A DNA stretch of 64,000 bases from Flavobacteriales bacterium (GTDB taxonomy: Bacteria > Bacteroidota > Bacteroidia > Flavobacteriales_F > PHOS-HE28), in NCBI GenBank assembly GCA_019638115.1, contig JAHBUK010000001.1:512238-576237 (forward strand). Direction: 5' to 3'. Both the position numbers and the translations under genes were made by a program. Numbering within the stretch: the stretch's first letter is position 1; every line of letters begins with the position of its first letter. Below, piece by piece: positions 7,445 to 17,625 of this stretch. A model generated the notes under the pieces. That model worked only from the letters and a program-made list of their open reading frames with translations. It had not been told where the DNA came from and ran no database searches.

Positions 7445-10276
7445 ATGAACCGGATCCTCGGCTCCCTGCTCTTTTCCATCCTTGCTCTTGGCACCTTCGC
7501 ACAGAAGGGTACCATAAGCGGTACGATAACCGGCCTCGAAGGCGGCAAGGTGCAACCCATGCCTTTCGTGAACGTGGCCTTGAAAGGCTCCTCCACCGGG
7601 GCCACAACCGACCTGGATGGCCGCTTCAGTTTCACCGCCGAGCCCGGGAGCTACACCCTATTGGTGAGTTTCGTGGGTTTCGAACCGGTGGAGCGTGCAG
7701 TGAGCGTGGTGGCCGGGCAGACCGCTCGGGTGGATATCGAACTGAAAGGACAGGCCGTGGAAATGAAAGCGGTGGAGGTGGTGACCACGCGCCGCACGGA
7801 TACCGAGTCCGCCGTGATCATGGAGACCCGCCAAAGCATGCAGGTGGTGAACGCCATCAGCAGCGAGGTCATTTCCAAGGGGCAGGACAGCGATGCGAGC
7901 GAGGTCATGAAGCGGGTGCCGGGTATCACCCTCTTCGGCAACAACTATGTAATGATCCGCGGCTTGAGCGAACGCTACAGCAATGTGCAATTGCACGATG
8001 TTTCGGCACCCAGCATGGAGCCTGATGTACGTTCCTTCGCCTTCGATATCATCCCCGCCGGTTTGATCGACCGCTTGGTGGTGTACAAAAGCCCTGCGGC
8101 CGAACTCCCCGGCGAATTCAGCGGCGGTGTGGTGAAGGTCTACACCAAGAGCATCCCCAACACCAGCTTCTTCAGTGCCAGCGTGAACACCACTTTCCGC
8201 GATGGTTCATCCATGCGCGATTTCAACCAACCCAAGCGCTCATTCCTGCACAGCCTGGGTTTGAATGACGGCTACAACGACCTGCCCGATGGGTTTCCCA
8301 CGGATGTGCGCCGCGTAAGCAACGGCAATGATCTGGGTGCCATCGATGAGGTGGGGCGTTCACTGCGCAACAACTGGTTGCCGGAGCAGGTCAACTCAAT
8401 GCTGGACCGCAGCGTGTCCATCACCAACGCTTCCAAATTCACCCTTTGGGGCAAAGAGGCAGGCAACATCACCTCCATCAATTACAGCAATGCCCGCGAG
8501 ATCTTCGATGTGAAGCGTGCCGACTACAACGCTTATGACCAGATCAACAACCGCAGCTTCCCGCTCTACGAGTTCAACGACCAGCAGTTCAACCAGCGGA
8601 TCCGTACGGGCATCATCAGCAACTTCGCATTGCGCACGGGTCGCAACAGCACCATTGAGTTCAAGAACCTCTTCACGGTGTTCAACATGACCCAGTACGT
8701 GAACCGTACGGGCATCGACTACGACTTCCAATACGTTCCGGACAACCACTCGTTCGATCAAGTTTATCGGGGCATCTACAGCGGCCAACTGACCGGCACG
8801 CACTACTGGAACGATGAGCGCACCAAACTGACCTGGACCGGCGGCTACGGTTGGAGCTACCGCGACCAACCCGACTACCGCCGTTACCGCAGCAACGTGG
8901 ATACCCTTACGGGCGAAAGCACCCTGTTCGTTGGTGTGCCCCTTTCGCCCAACTACCTCGGCCGCTTCTACAGTGAGATGCGCGAGAACAGCCAAAGCGT
9001 GAACGTGGCCCTGGAGCACCAGTTGAGCGAAGCGCACAACTTCGCACCCAAGCTGCGCACCGGGCTTTACGTGGAGAACCGGGGACGCACCTTCAGCGCC
9101 CGGAACATCGGCTACGTGCGATCCAACTTCCTGCTCTTTGATGAAGGTTTGATCGAAGCTTCCATCGACTCGCTCTTCCACCCGGCCAACATCAACCAGA
9201 CCACCGGCATCCGCATTGGCGAGCAGAGCAACCCCAGCGACAGTTACACGGCCAGCAACCTGTTGATGGCCTACTACGTGGGTGCCGACCTGCCCTTGAT
9301 CAAAGACAAGTTGATGATGAACACCGGCGTGCGTGCCGAGTACAACATGCAGCGCTTGGAGAGCGCCACTTTGGTGGGCGACCCCGTGATCGTGGACAAT
9401 CCGATCCTGAGCATTCTGCCCAGTGCGAACTTCGCCTACACCATCAACCCCAAGCAGCAGCTTCGCCTGAGCTATGGCCGCACGGTGAACCGTCCTGAGT
9501 TCCGCGAGCTGGCACCCTTCGGCTTCTACGACTTCAACTACAACCTGGTGAAGAAGGGTAGCGACAGCCTCAGAACCCCGACCATAGACAACTACGACCT
9601 GCGTTGGGAATATTACCCGAGCACCAGTGAGATGATCTCCGTGGCCTTCTTCCACAAGGAGTTCAAGGACCCCATTGAAACGCTCTTCGTTCCCGGCGGT
9701 GGATCGGGAGGCATCAAGACCTTCACCTTCGGCAACGCGCGCTTCGCCCGTAGCACGGGGGTGGAAGTGGAGCTTCGCAAGTCGCTCTTGAACATGACCA
9801 CCAACCCGGTGCTGCAGCGCTTCAGCATGCTCTTCAACGCATCGTTGATAGACAGTGAAGTGGACCTTGGCAATGAGCGTTTGGGGCAGAGCAACCAACG
9901 CCCGCTCCAAGGCCAGAGCCCATACATCGTGAATGCGGGCGTCTATTACCAGGATACCGACCGTGGGCTTCAGTTCAGTCTGCTCTACAACGTCATCGGG
10001 CGTCGCATCTTCATCATCGGCTTCGATGCCTACCCGGATATCTATGAGATGCCACGCAACATGCTGGACGCCACCGCGAACATCCGCATTACCAAGCAGT
10101 TCGACCTGAAGCTCGGTGTAGGCGATGTGTTCAACCAAGCCAATGTGTTGCTGCAGGACGCCAACAAGGATGGCGTGTTCGATCGCGTCAACGACCAGAT
10201 CATCCAGAGCTTCCGTCCGGGTCGCACCTACATGGCAGGTCTGAGCTACCGCTTGAACAGGGCGGCCAAGGAGTGA
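7445..10276 (+). CDS. TonB-dependent outer-membrane receptor with an N-terminal carboxypeptidase-regulatory-like domain
   Basis: Signal peptide MNRILGSLLFSILALGTFAQ. The segment GTISGTITGL…VNVALKGSSTGATTDLDGRFSF is a CarbopepD_reg-like fold. A plug region follows (VPGITLFGNNYVMIRGLSERYSNVQLHDV). It has a 943-aa beta-barrel length and the C-terminal AGLSYRLN. Confidence 0.85.
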   Translation: MNRILGSLLFSILALGTFAQKGTISGTITGLEGGKVQPMPFVNVALKGSSTGATTDLDGRFSFTAEPGSYTLLVSFVGFEPVERAVSVVAGQTARVDIELKGQAVEMKAVEVVTTRRTDTESAVIMETRQSMQVVNAISSEVISKGQDSDASEVMKRVPGITLFGNNYVMIRGLSERYSNVQLHDVSAPSMEPDVRSFAFDIIPAGLIDRLVVYKSPAAELPGEFSGGVVKVYTKSIPNTSFFSASVNTTFRDGSSMRDFNQPKRSFLHSLGLNDGYNDLPDGFPTDVRRVSNGNDLGAIDEVGRSLRNNWLPEQVNSMLDRSVSITNASKFTLWGKEAGNITSINYSNAREIFDVKRADYNAYDQINNRSFPLYEFNDQQFNQRIRTGIISNFALRTGRNSTIEFKNLFTVFNMTQYVNRTGIDYDFQYVPDNHSFDQVYRGIYSGQLTGTHYWNDERTKLTWTGGYGWSYRDQPDYRRYRSNVDTLTGESTLFVGVPLSPNYLGRFYSEMRENSQSVNVALEHQLSEAHNFAPKLRTGLYVENRGRTFSARNIGYVRSNFLLFDEGLIEASIDSLFHPANINQTTGIRIGEQSNPSDSYTASNLLMAYYVGADLPLIKDKLMMNTGVRAEYNMQRLESATLVGDPVIVDNPILSILPSANFAYTINPKQQLRLSYGRTVNRPEFRELAPFGFYDFNYNLVKKGSDSLRTPTIDNYDLRWEYYPSTSEMISVAFFHKEFKDPIETLFVPGGGSGGIKTFTFGNARFARSTGVEVELRKSLLNMTTNPVLQRFSMLFNASLIDSEVDLGNERLGQSNQRPLQGQSPYIVNAGVYYQDTDRGLQFSLLYNVIGRRIFIIGFDAYPDIYEMPRNMLDATANIRITKQFDLKLGVGDVFNQANVLLQDANKDGVFDRVNDQIIQSFRPGRTYMAGLSYRLNRAAKE

Positions 10277-10305
10277 TCCCCGAGAGCTCCGTGGTCATTG
10301 CATTG

Positions 10306-10338
10306 AAGAAGCCGCCTTATAGAACAGGCGGCTTCTTC
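10306..10338 (+). terminator. Rho-independent terminator hairpin after the TonB-dependent receptor gene
   Basis: GAAGAAGCCGCC-ttatagaacag-GCGGCTTCTTC followed by a T-rich run. Confidence 0.55.
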
Positions 10339-10517
10339 GTTTACTCCGCCACGCTTCGGCGTAGTTCCGCATCCGCCATGTTAAGCCAGGCTCGTCACAA
10401 TTAACGTGCACCTAAGAAAAGGTTGCGCTATTCATCACACAGGCGTAAAACCAAGGTAGCACCGGAGGAAGTGCTTTGCAGCGCAAACCGAAGCAACCCA
10501 AACAAGTTCGAAGCACC

Positions 10518-11963
10518 ATGACACACATGCACTCCAAGGTGGCAGTGATGGCCCTTTCAGCAATGGTCGTCCTCGCATCCTGCAAAAAGGACGAAAAGGA
10601 GGAACCCACTCCTCCCGTTGTTCCCCCGACCACTGAACTGATCGAAGTAAGCGGCAGCATCACCGGCACGGTGAACTGGACCGCCGACAAACAATACCGC
10701 CTGAACGGATTCGTACGCGTTCAGGATGGCGGCATCCTGAACATCGCAGCAGGCACGGTCATCCTCGGTGACTTCGAGACTAAAGGAACTCTGATCGTGC
10801 AGCGCGGTGGCAAGATCAACGCGATCGGTGAAGCGAACAACCCGATCATCATGACCAGCGAGAAGCAGCCCGGTCTGCGCCAGCCCGGCGATTGGGGTGG
10901 CTTGGTGATCTGCGGTCGTGCACGCAACAACGTGGCCGGTGGTGAAGCCGAACTCGAAGGTGGCTACGGCGCCTTCCACGGTGGAACCGACGACAACGAC
11001 AACAGCGGTGTCGTCAAATTCGTGCAGATCAACTTCGCGGGCATCCCCATCAACCCGAACGAGGAGGTGAACTCCCTGACCATGGGCAGCGTGGGCCGTG
11101 GCACCGTTATCGAGAACGTTTTCTGCGCTTACGGCCTGGACGATGCGTTCGAGTGGTTCGGTGGCACCGTGGATTGCAAGAACCTGGTGGCTTACCGTGG
11201 CTTGGACGATGATTTCGATGTGGACCTGGGCTACAGCGGGAACGTTCAATTCGGCTTGGGCATTCGCGGTGCGAGCCTTGCCGACCAGAGCGGCTCCAAC
11301 GGCTTTGAAGTGGACAACGATGGCCAGGGCTCCAACAACCAGCCTTACACCAGCGCCACCTTCAGCAACATCACCATCATCGGCCCCAAAGCCACCCGCG
11401 AAACGCCCATCAGCCTGCAATTCCAGCATGCTGCCCAGCTGCGTCGCAACAGCCGCATCAAGATCCACAACAGCTTCCTCACCGGCTACCCCGATGGCTT
11501 GTACATCAACGGTTCCGGTAGTGCTGCTGCGGCCAATGCCAACGAGCTCCGCATTCGCAACACCATCCTCTCCGGTGTGGACAACTGGGGTGGCAACGGC
11601 TACGGAAGCGCAGGCACCGTGTTCACCGAGGCTCCTGCCAACGGCGTACAGCACCCGAACAACCCTCGTGGCAACGCTCTGAAGACCGATGTGCCCGATG
11701 ACATCAACATGACCACCTGGTTCAACACCGCAGGTTGGAACAACCAGCTCATGGACAAGTGGCAGGATGCGGGCATCAACCAGAGCATCTTCGAACTGGG
11801 CACCCCCAACGTGCTGCCGAACAGCGGCTCCGTGTTGCTGAGCGGCGCCGATTTCGCTGGCATGCCTTCCTACTTCCAGCAGGTTTCCCACCGTGGTGCT
11901 TTCGGCACCACCAACTGGACCCAAGGTTGGGCCGATTGGAACTGCGCTTTGACCACGTACTAA
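10518..11963 (+). CDS. Secreted or lipoprotein with beta-helix-like Gly/Asn-rich repeats, downstream of the TonB-dependent receptor; function unknown
   Basis: The Cys-containing signal (MALSAMVVLASC) suggests a lipobox. The composition is beta-rich with a right-handed beta-helix character. The start is ambiguous (Met at 10476, 10518, 10527 or 10548). Confidence 0.65.
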   Translation: MTHMHSKVAVMALSAMVVLASCKKDEKEEPTPPVVPPTTELIEVSGSITGTVNWTADKQYRLNGFVRVQDGGILNIAAGTVILGDFETKGTLIVQRGGKINAIGEANNPIIMTSEKQPGLRQPGDWGGLVICGRARNNVAGGEAELEGGYGAFHGGTDDNDNSGVVKFVQINFAGIPINPNEEVNSLTMGSVGRGTVIENVFCAYGLDDAFEWFGGTVDCKNLVAYRGLDDDFDVDLGYSGNVQFGLGIRGASLADQSGSNGFEVDNDGQGSNNQPYTSATFSNITIIGPKATRETPISLQFQHAAQLRRNSRIKIHNSFLTGYPDGLYINGSGSAAAANANELRIRNTILSGVDNWGGNGYGSAGTVFTEAPANGVQHPNNPRGNALKTDVPDDINMTTWFNTAGWNNQLMDKWQDAGINQSIFELGTPNVLPNSGSVLLSGADFAGMPSYFQQVSHRGAFGTTNWTQGWADWNCALTTY

Positions 11964-11982
11964 GCTTGAACACGAACTTTGA

Positions 11983-12011
11983 AGCCAAGGAGAGCACAAT
12001 GCTCTCCTTGG
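11983..12011 (+). terminator. Terminator hairpin after the lipoprotein gene
   Basis: GCCAAGGAGAGCA-caat-GCTCTCCTTGGC followed by TTCTTGATTTCC. Confidence 0.5.
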
Positions 12012-12028
12012 CTTCTTGATTTCCGAAC

Positions 12029-12643
12029 ATGCGTACACTTCCCCTCCTACTGCTGATCGCATTGGCCGCCTGCCAAGCTGCTGAACCCGAGCCTACCACG
12101 GCCACGCCCGAGCCACCACAAGCGGACAATACCACCGCCTCTGCCGTGGAGCGCGCGAAGAGCCTCCATGCGGTGGACCAGTATTTCCCAGGCACGGCCA
12201 AAGACTCGCTGCTGGCCAACATGGTCACATTCATCTACAAGCGGCCAACCACGGCGATAAACCTGGACCGCACCCTGCCCCAGTTCAGAAGCTACTACCT
12301 GCAACAGCTGCCCCAATTCACGCATGCCTACCATCATATGGATGCGGACAGCATGCACTGGTTCTATGTGATACGCCCTGCGCGAAGCGTGGCAGGCGAA
12401 GAACGGGGTGTTGGCGGTCGCTTTCGCACGAACAAGGCCCTTGACATGCTGGAGTTCGAGGAGGTCTTCAACACCCGGGTAATGCCTCAACAGGAGCTTT
12501 GGGCGAAAGGACTGGACCTCTTCGAGCACCTGTTGGCCCATGGCAATGTGGACGACCATCCGCAGCGCGAAGCGTGGGTTGAATGGCCCGACGAGCGCCT
12601 GAAGTACGACCTGGACAAGCGCGAATGGCGCTATGTGGACTGA
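12029..12643 (+). CDS. Hypothetical lipoprotein
   Basis: Signal MRTLPLLLLIALAACQ with a lipobox Cys; Pro/Thr-rich linker; 204 aa. Confidence 0.6.
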   Translation: MRTLPLLLLIALAACQAAEPEPTTATPEPPQADNTTASAVERAKSLHAVDQYFPGTAKDSLLANMVTFIYKRPTTAINLDRTLPQFRSYYLQQLPQFTHAYHHMDADSMHWFYVIRPARSVAGEERGVGGRFRTNKALDMLEFEEVFNTRVMPQQELWAKGLDLFEHLLAHGNVDDHPQREAWVEWPDERLKYDLDKREWRYVD

Positions 12644-12665
12644 GCAGATCGCTGAAGGCCTTGGG

Positions 12666-13109
12666 TTACTGGCGGAGCATTGCCAACAGCACCCAATAGC
12701 GTGTTGCCTTTGCCAAGAACATCAAGATCAGCACCGGCCATGGACGTGCCCGGCCCAGGCCCAAGGCAATGGCCATGGGATCGCCTACCACGGGTAGCCA
12801 AGTGAGCAAAGCGGCCCATGCGCCATACCGTTCAATGCGCTGCTGCCAGCGAAGGGCCTTTGCGGGGTCGGTACGCAACCAGCGTGCTATCCGGTCCATG
12901 TCGCCCAGGCGACCCAAGCCATAGGAGCTCATGCCACCCAGCGTATTGCCCAAGCTCGCCACCAGCAACAACGTGCCGGTTGACCAAGGCCCCAGCGTGG
13001 CCGCTGCCAGCACCGCCTCGGAACTGAACGGCAACACGGTAGCGGCCAGGAATGCGGCCAGAAAAAGGCCCCACAGGCCCAATTCCACCCAGATCGGATC
13101 CAGCTCCAT
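12666..13109 (-). CDS. YqaA family / VTT-domain (DedA-like) small membrane protein
   Basis: 147 aa with ~4 TM segments (WGLFLAAFLAATVLPFSSEAVL…). The family call rests on pattern recognition. Confidence 0.6.
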   Translation of the reverse strand: MELDPIWVELGLWGLFLAAFLAATVLPFSSEAVLAAATLGPWSTGTLLLVASLGNTLGGMSSYGLGRLGDMDRIARWLRTDPAKALRWQQRIERYGAWAALLTWLPVVGDPMAIALGLGRARPWPVLILMFLAKATRYWVLLAMLRQ

Positions 13110-13234
13110 GGGTGCAAGGTCGGCAGCTTTGCCGTGTCCGGTGCATCAAACGGGGGCACCCCCAATGCCTATGCGCTATCTTGCGCTGCTCCGGCACGGC
13201 CTTTGAAAGCCGGGCGTGCAAAGCAATTTCCACC

Positions 13235-13945
13235 ATGCGCTCGCTGACCACCTACCTTCTACTGCTGCTGGCGGTGGCAGCGCATGCCCAGAACGACCGT
13301 CGGAACAACAACAACAATTGGAACCGCAACCGCCAAGGAACCCTGGGTGGTGGGTTGGAGATCGGCATCCCCTTGGGCGCTTTCGCAGATTCCTGGGGCC
13401 GCGAGATCGTTGGGCTCAGCGCCAACCTTTCCGTTCCCATGCGGCGTTTGCCGTTGGAAACAGGCTTCGACTTCGCGTGGGGAAACATGGGCGGTACACG
13501 GCGGAACATCGACCTGTTGGACGCTGACCAGACCATCGTGAAGGCGGACCTGAACGTGCGCAGCAATGTGTACGGCTACCATGGCTTCATCCGCTTCAAG
13601 CCCTTCAATGGTCCGATCAGCCCGTACTTCGATCTGATGGCCGGCATACGCCACTTCAGCACACGCACCACCTTGAGCACCAAAGGCCAAAGCGAACCGC
13701 TGGAAAAGGAGCGCAAGGCCAGTGATTTCACAGGTAGCAGTGGCTGGGCCGCAGGCGTGATGGTGGCACCCAAGAACCGCCCGTTCTACATTGAAGCTCG
13801 GCTTGAACGCTTGAATGGCGGCAGGGTCACCTACGTCGATCCACGCACCATCACCATCGCTCCTTCCGGTGAAGTGAGCTTCGGCACGCTGACCTCCCCC
13901 ACGCGCAATGCCAACGTGCAGTTGGGCGTGGGCATGCGCTTCTGA
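13235..13945 (+). CDS. Outer-membrane beta-barrel protein (OmpA-like beta-barrel / porin family)
   Basis: Signal peptide MRSLTTYLLLLLAVAAHAQ. The body shows alternating amphipathic beta-strand patterning and ends in aromatic GVGMRF. The start is chosen at the signal-peptide Met, not at 13052. Confidence 0.7.
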   Translation: MRSLTTYLLLLLAVAAHAQNDRRNNNNNWNRNRQGTLGGGLEIGIPLGAFADSWGREIVGLSANLSVPMRRLPLETGFDFAWGNMGGTRRNIDLLDADQTIVKADLNVRSNVYGYHGFIRFKPFNGPISPYFDLMAGIRHFSTRTTLSTKGQSEPLEKERKASDFTGSSGWAAGVMVAPKNRPFYIEARLERLNGGRVTYVDPRTITIAPSGEVSFGTLTSPTRNANVQLGVGMRF

Positions 13946-14071
13946 CCGAACCGATACTGCACGCCTGCTGTTGGTAACCTTCGCATAACCCAGCGAAGTA
14001 GCCACTGCAAGCCGCGTTCGTGTGCTGTAAACTTGCCCCGGAAATAGGGCCAACACAGCATACATACCACT

Positions 14072-15667
14072 TTGGACGGGCAAAAACGCATCCATAGCGC
14101 ACTCATTTCGGTCTTCCATAAGGATGGGCTGGAACCCATCATCCGCGAACTGGACCGCTTGGGCGTGCACCTTTATTCCACCGGAGGTACCCAGAGCTTC
14201 ATCGAGGGCCTGGGCATCGCGGTAACCCCGGTGGAGGACATCACCACCTACCCCAGTATCCTTGGTGGCCGTGTGAAGACCCTGCACCCCAAGGTCTTCG
14301 GCGGTATCCTGGGCCGCCGCGACCTGGCCAGTGATGTGGCGCAGTTGGAGGAGTATGAGATCCCGCCCATCGATCTGGTGATCGTGGACCTCTACCCCTT
14401 CGAGGCCACCGTAGCGGCCGGCGGAAGCGATCCGGAGATCATCGAGAAGATCGATATCGGCGGCATCAGCTTGATACGCGCCGGGGCGAAGAACCACGCC
14501 GATGTGGTAATCGTGCCGGCACAGGACCAGTATGCCGAGCTGCTGCGCCTCTTGCAAGAGCAGAATGGACACACCACGCTGGAACAGCGCCGCCGATTCG
14601 CGACCGCAGCTTTTGCTGTGAGCAGCCACTATGACGGTGCCATCCACAACTGGTTCAGCCAGGGACAGGGTGCGTTGCGCGTGAGCGCCGGCCCCACCAC
14701 CGTGCTGCGCTATGGGGAGAACCCCCACCAGAAAGGCGCCTTCCACGGCGATCTGCATGGGATGTTCGAGCAGCTCAACGGCAAGGAACTGAGCTACAAT
14801 AACCTGCTGGACCTCGACGCCGCAGTGGAACTGATCGACGATCTGGCCACCCTTCTGCCCCTCGACTTCACTCGGGACCGCTCAGGGCAGGCCAGCTCAG
14901 AGGCGTTTGCCATCCTCAAGCACAACAACGCCTGCGGTGCTGCCGTACGCCCCACGGTGAAGGAGGCTTGGGACGCGGCATTGGCCGGTGACCCGGTGAG
15001 CGCCTTCGGCGGTGTACTGATCACAACGGCGCGCATCGACAAGGCCACGGCCGAGGCCATCGACACCATCTTCTTCGAGATCATCGCCGCACCGGACTAC
15101 GATGCCGATGCCTTGGAGGTGCTGATGAAGAAGAAGAACCGGATGATCCTGAAGCGCAAGACCCTCACCCCCCATCCCCCTCTCCAGGGGAGAGGAGGAG
15201 TGCGGATGAAGGTGCGCACCGCCCTCAACGGATACCTGAGCGAGGATGCGGACCATGTGGTGGCCAACGCCGCCTCCATGAAGCCCGCCACCACCAAGGC
15301 CCCCAGCGCGCAGGAAGTATCGGACATGGTCTTCGCCACGATCCTGGTGAAACACACCAAGAGCAACGCCATCGTGCTGGCCAAGAACGACCAGTTGCTG
15401 GCCAGCGGCACCGGCCAGACCAGCCGCGTGGATGCCTTGGAACAGGCTATCGCCAAAGCCGGCAAGTTCAACTTCGACCTGAAGGGCGCCGTGATGGCCA
15501 GCGACGCCTTCTTCCCCTTCCCGGATTGCGTGGAGATCGCCGACAAGGCCGGCATCACCGCCGTGGTGCACCCTGGCGGCAGCATCCGCGACCAGGACAG
15601 CATTGACTATTGCAACGCACACGGTATGGCCATGTGCATCACCGGACACCGCCACTTCAAACACTGA
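14072..15667 (+). CDS. purH: Bifunctional AICAR transformylase / IMP cyclohydrolase
   Basis: KRIHSALISVFHKDGL…LYSTGGT (MGS-like IMPCH domain) and a C-terminal AICARFT domain. Confidence 0.9.
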   Translation: MDGQKRIHSALISVFHKDGLEPIIRELDRLGVHLYSTGGTQSFIEGLGIAVTPVEDITTYPSILGGRVKTLHPKVFGGILGRRDLASDVAQLEEYEIPPIDLVIVDLYPFEATVAAGGSDPEIIEKIDIGGISLIRAGAKNHADVVIVPAQDQYAELLRLLQEQNGHTTLEQRRRFATAAFAVSSHYDGAIHNWFSQGQGALRVSAGPTTVLRYGENPHQKGAFHGDLHGMFEQLNGKELSYNNLLDLDAAVELIDDLATLLPLDFTRDRSGQASSEAFAILKHNNACGAAVRPTVKEAWDAALAGDPVSAFGGVLITTARIDKATAEAIDTIFFEIIAAPDYDADALEVLMKKKNRMILKRKTLTPHPPLQGRGGVRMKVRTALNGYLSEDADHVVANAASMKPATTKAPSAQEVSDMVFATILVKHTKSNAIVLAKNDQLLASGTGQTSRVDALEQAIAKAGKFNFDLKGAVMASDAFFPFPDCVEIADKAGITAVVHPGGSIRDQDSIDYCNAHGMAMCITGHRHFKH

Positions 15668-15678
15668 TCGCTAGGACC

Positions 15679-16704
15679 ATGAGCTGGTTCAACTTTTTCA
15701 CCCAAGAGATCGCCATCGACCTCGGCACGGCCAACACCTTGATCATCCACAACGACAAGGTGGTGGTGGATGAGCCCAGCATCGTGGCCGTGGACCGCAC
15801 CACCGGCAAAGTGATCGCCGTTGGCCGCCAGGCACAGCAGATGCATGGCAAGACCCACGAGAACATCAAGACCATCCGCCCCCTGCGCGATGGGGTGATC
15901 GCGGATTTCAAAGCCGCCGAGGACATGATCAAGGGCATGATCCGCATGATCAACCCCGGCAGGCGCCTGTTCACCCCCAACCTGCGCATGGTGATCTGCA
16001 TCCCCAGCGGCATCACCGAAGTGGAGAAGCGCGCGGTGAAGGACAGCAGTGAGCACGCCGGCGCCAAGGAGGTGTACCTGATCCACGAGCCCATGGCCGC
16101 CGCCATCGGCATCGGCATCGATGTGGAGGAGCCCATGGGCAACATGATCATCGACATCGGTGGTGGTACCAGCGAGATCGCCGTTATCGCGCTGGGCGGT
16201 ATCGTGTGCGACAAGAACATCCGTGTGGCGGGCGATGAATTCACCAGCGATATTGAGGAATACATGCGCCGCCAGCACAACATCCTGGTGGGTGAGCGCA
16301 CGGCCGAGCAGATCAAGATCGAAGTGGGTGCGGCCATGACCGAGCTGGACAGCCCCCCACCCGACTATGCCGTGCGTGGCCGCGACCTGATGACGGGCAT
16401 CCCCAAGGAGATCACCGTCACCTACACCGAGATCGCCCAGGCCCTGGACAAGAGCATCAGCAAGATCGAGGAGGCCATCCTCAGCGCACTGGAGGCCACC
16501 CCACCCGAACTGAGCGCAGACATTTACAAGACCGGCATCTACCTGGCCGGCGGTGGTGCCTTGCTGCGTGGCCTGGACAAGCGCATCAGCATAAAGACCA
16601 AGCTGCCCGTACACGTTGCCGATGACCCCCTGCGCGCCGTGGCACGCGGCACCGGCATCGCCCTGAAGAACATCGACCGCTTCCAGTTCCTAATGAGGGA
16701 GTAA
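15679..16704 (+). CDS. mreB: Rod-shape-determining actin homologue MreB
   Basis: Has EIAIDLGTANTLI, EPMAAAIGIGIDV and IDIGGGTSEIAV. The start is chosen at MSWFNFF. Confidence 0.92.
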   Translation: MSWFNFFTQEIAIDLGTANTLIIHNDKVVVDEPSIVAVDRTTGKVIAVGRQAQQMHGKTHENIKTIRPLRDGVIADFKAAEDMIKGMIRMINPGRRLFTPNLRMVICIPSGITEVEKRAVKDSSEHAGAKEVYLIHEPMAAAIGIGIDVEEPMGNMIIDIGGGTSEIAVIALGGIVCDKNIRVAGDEFTSDIEEYMRRQHNILVGERTAEQIKIEVGAAMTELDSPPPDYAVRGRDLMTGIPKEITVTYTEIAQALDKSISKIEEAILSALEATPPELSADIYKTGIYLAGGGALLRGLDKRISIKTKLPVHVADDPLRAVARGTGIALKNIDRFQFLMRE

Positions 16705-16794
16705 TGAGTGGCGGGTGGTGAGTGGCGAGTGCTCCAATAGCTGGAGGGTGGAGCACTCGCCACTCACCACTCGGTACTCGCCACTCATCTTACC
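16705..16794. repeat. REP-like imperfect inverted-repeat hairpin element with a GAGTGGCGAGT core, immediately 3' of mreB
   Basis: AATGAGTGGCGGGTGGTGAGTGGCGAGTGCTCCA-atagc-TGGAGGGTGGAGCACTCGCCACTCACCACTCGGTACTCGCCACTCAT. A related copy is at 39214-39290. Confidence 0.6.
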
Positions 16795-17625
16795 ATGCGC
16801 GAACTCTTCCGCTTTCTCTTCCGGATCAGGGAGTTGCTGCTCTTCCTGCTGCTCATGGGCTTTTCCTTCTTCCTGCTGTTCAATGGCAACCACCACCACC
16901 GCGGCCAGGCCATCAGTTCCAGCAATGCACTGATCGGAACGCTCTACCAGTGGCGCACCAACGTTACCGACTACACCTCCCTGCGTGAGGAGAACCTGCG
17001 GCTGGCCGAAGAGAACACCCGCCTGCGCAACCAGCTCGACACCGTACAGCTACCGGACAGCGTCCCTGCCCCTCCGCAGGTGGACAGCCTGGCCACACAG
17101 CGTTTCGCCTTCTTCAGCGCCAAGGTCATAAACAACACCTGGCAGAAGCAGAAGAACTACCTGACCCTGGACAAGGGGCGGTTGGACGGGATCGAACCGG
17201 ACATGGGCGTGATCGGTCCCGGTGGCATAGTTGGCGTGGTGAATGCGGCCAGTGACCGTTTCGCCACGGTGATCAGTGTGCTGAGCCCGGATGTGAAGCA
17301 CAGCGTGCAGGTGAAACGCACCGGCCATTTCGGGCTGCTCTTCTGGGATACCCGCGATCCCCGCACCGCGTCGCTCACCGATGTGGCCAAACACGTGCGT
17401 GTGGCCGAGGGTGACACGGTGGTGACCCTCGGGGCCGACGGCATTTTCCCGCCGGGCATTCCGGTGGGCATCGTGGAACAGGTGGACCGCGATGCGCCGG
17501 GCATCTACCTGAAGATCACCCTGCGCCTTACCGAGGATATGACCCGCAGCGGCTATGTGCACGTGGTGAAGGACCTGCAACGTGCCGAACGGGATTCCCT
17601 GCAACTGTTGAACATCGCACCATGA
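16795..17625 (+). CDS. mreC: Rod-shape-determining protein MreC
   Basis: N-terminal TM helix, coiled coil (LREENLRLAEENTRLRNQL), C-terminal beta domain; sits in mreBCD order. Confidence 0.85.
   Translation: MRELFRFLFRIRELLLFLLLMGFSFFLLFNGNHHHRGQAISSSNALIGTLYQWRTNVTDYTSLREENLRLAEENTRLRNQLDTVQLPDSVPAPPQVDSLATQRFAFFSAKVINNTWQKQKNYLTLDKGRLDGIEPDMGVIGPGGIVGVVNAASDRFATVISVLSPDVKHSVQVKRTGHFGLLFWDTRDPRTASLTDVAKHVRVAEGDTVVTLGADGIFPPGIPVGIVEQVDRDAPGIYLKITLRLTEDMTRSGYVHVVKDLQRAERDSLQLLNIAP

Noticed and set aside
8396-10138. 580-aa minus-strand ORF antisense to the TonB-dependent receptor gene, and similar long antisense ORFs (5492-6565, 10557-12062, 13259-14758, 15607-16614, 18623-19882, 21588-23711, 25810-27147, 41270-42565, 48038-49810, 50628-52082, 52067-53710, 55215-57110, 57301-58986, 59034-60443, 60386-61453, 62501-63256)
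   Set aside because: High-GC genomes produce long stop-free antisense frames. The sense-strand genes have clear conserved motifs, whereas these translations are Arg/Ala/Gly/His-rich low-complexity with no recognisable domains.
15100-15250. Apparent insertion (…LKRKTLTPHPPLQGRGGVRMKVRTALNGY…) in PurH
   Set aside because: The position matches the normal variable linker between the IMPCH and AICARFT domains. The segment aligns with the usual …GGLLVQ…D region, so it is not a foreign insertion.
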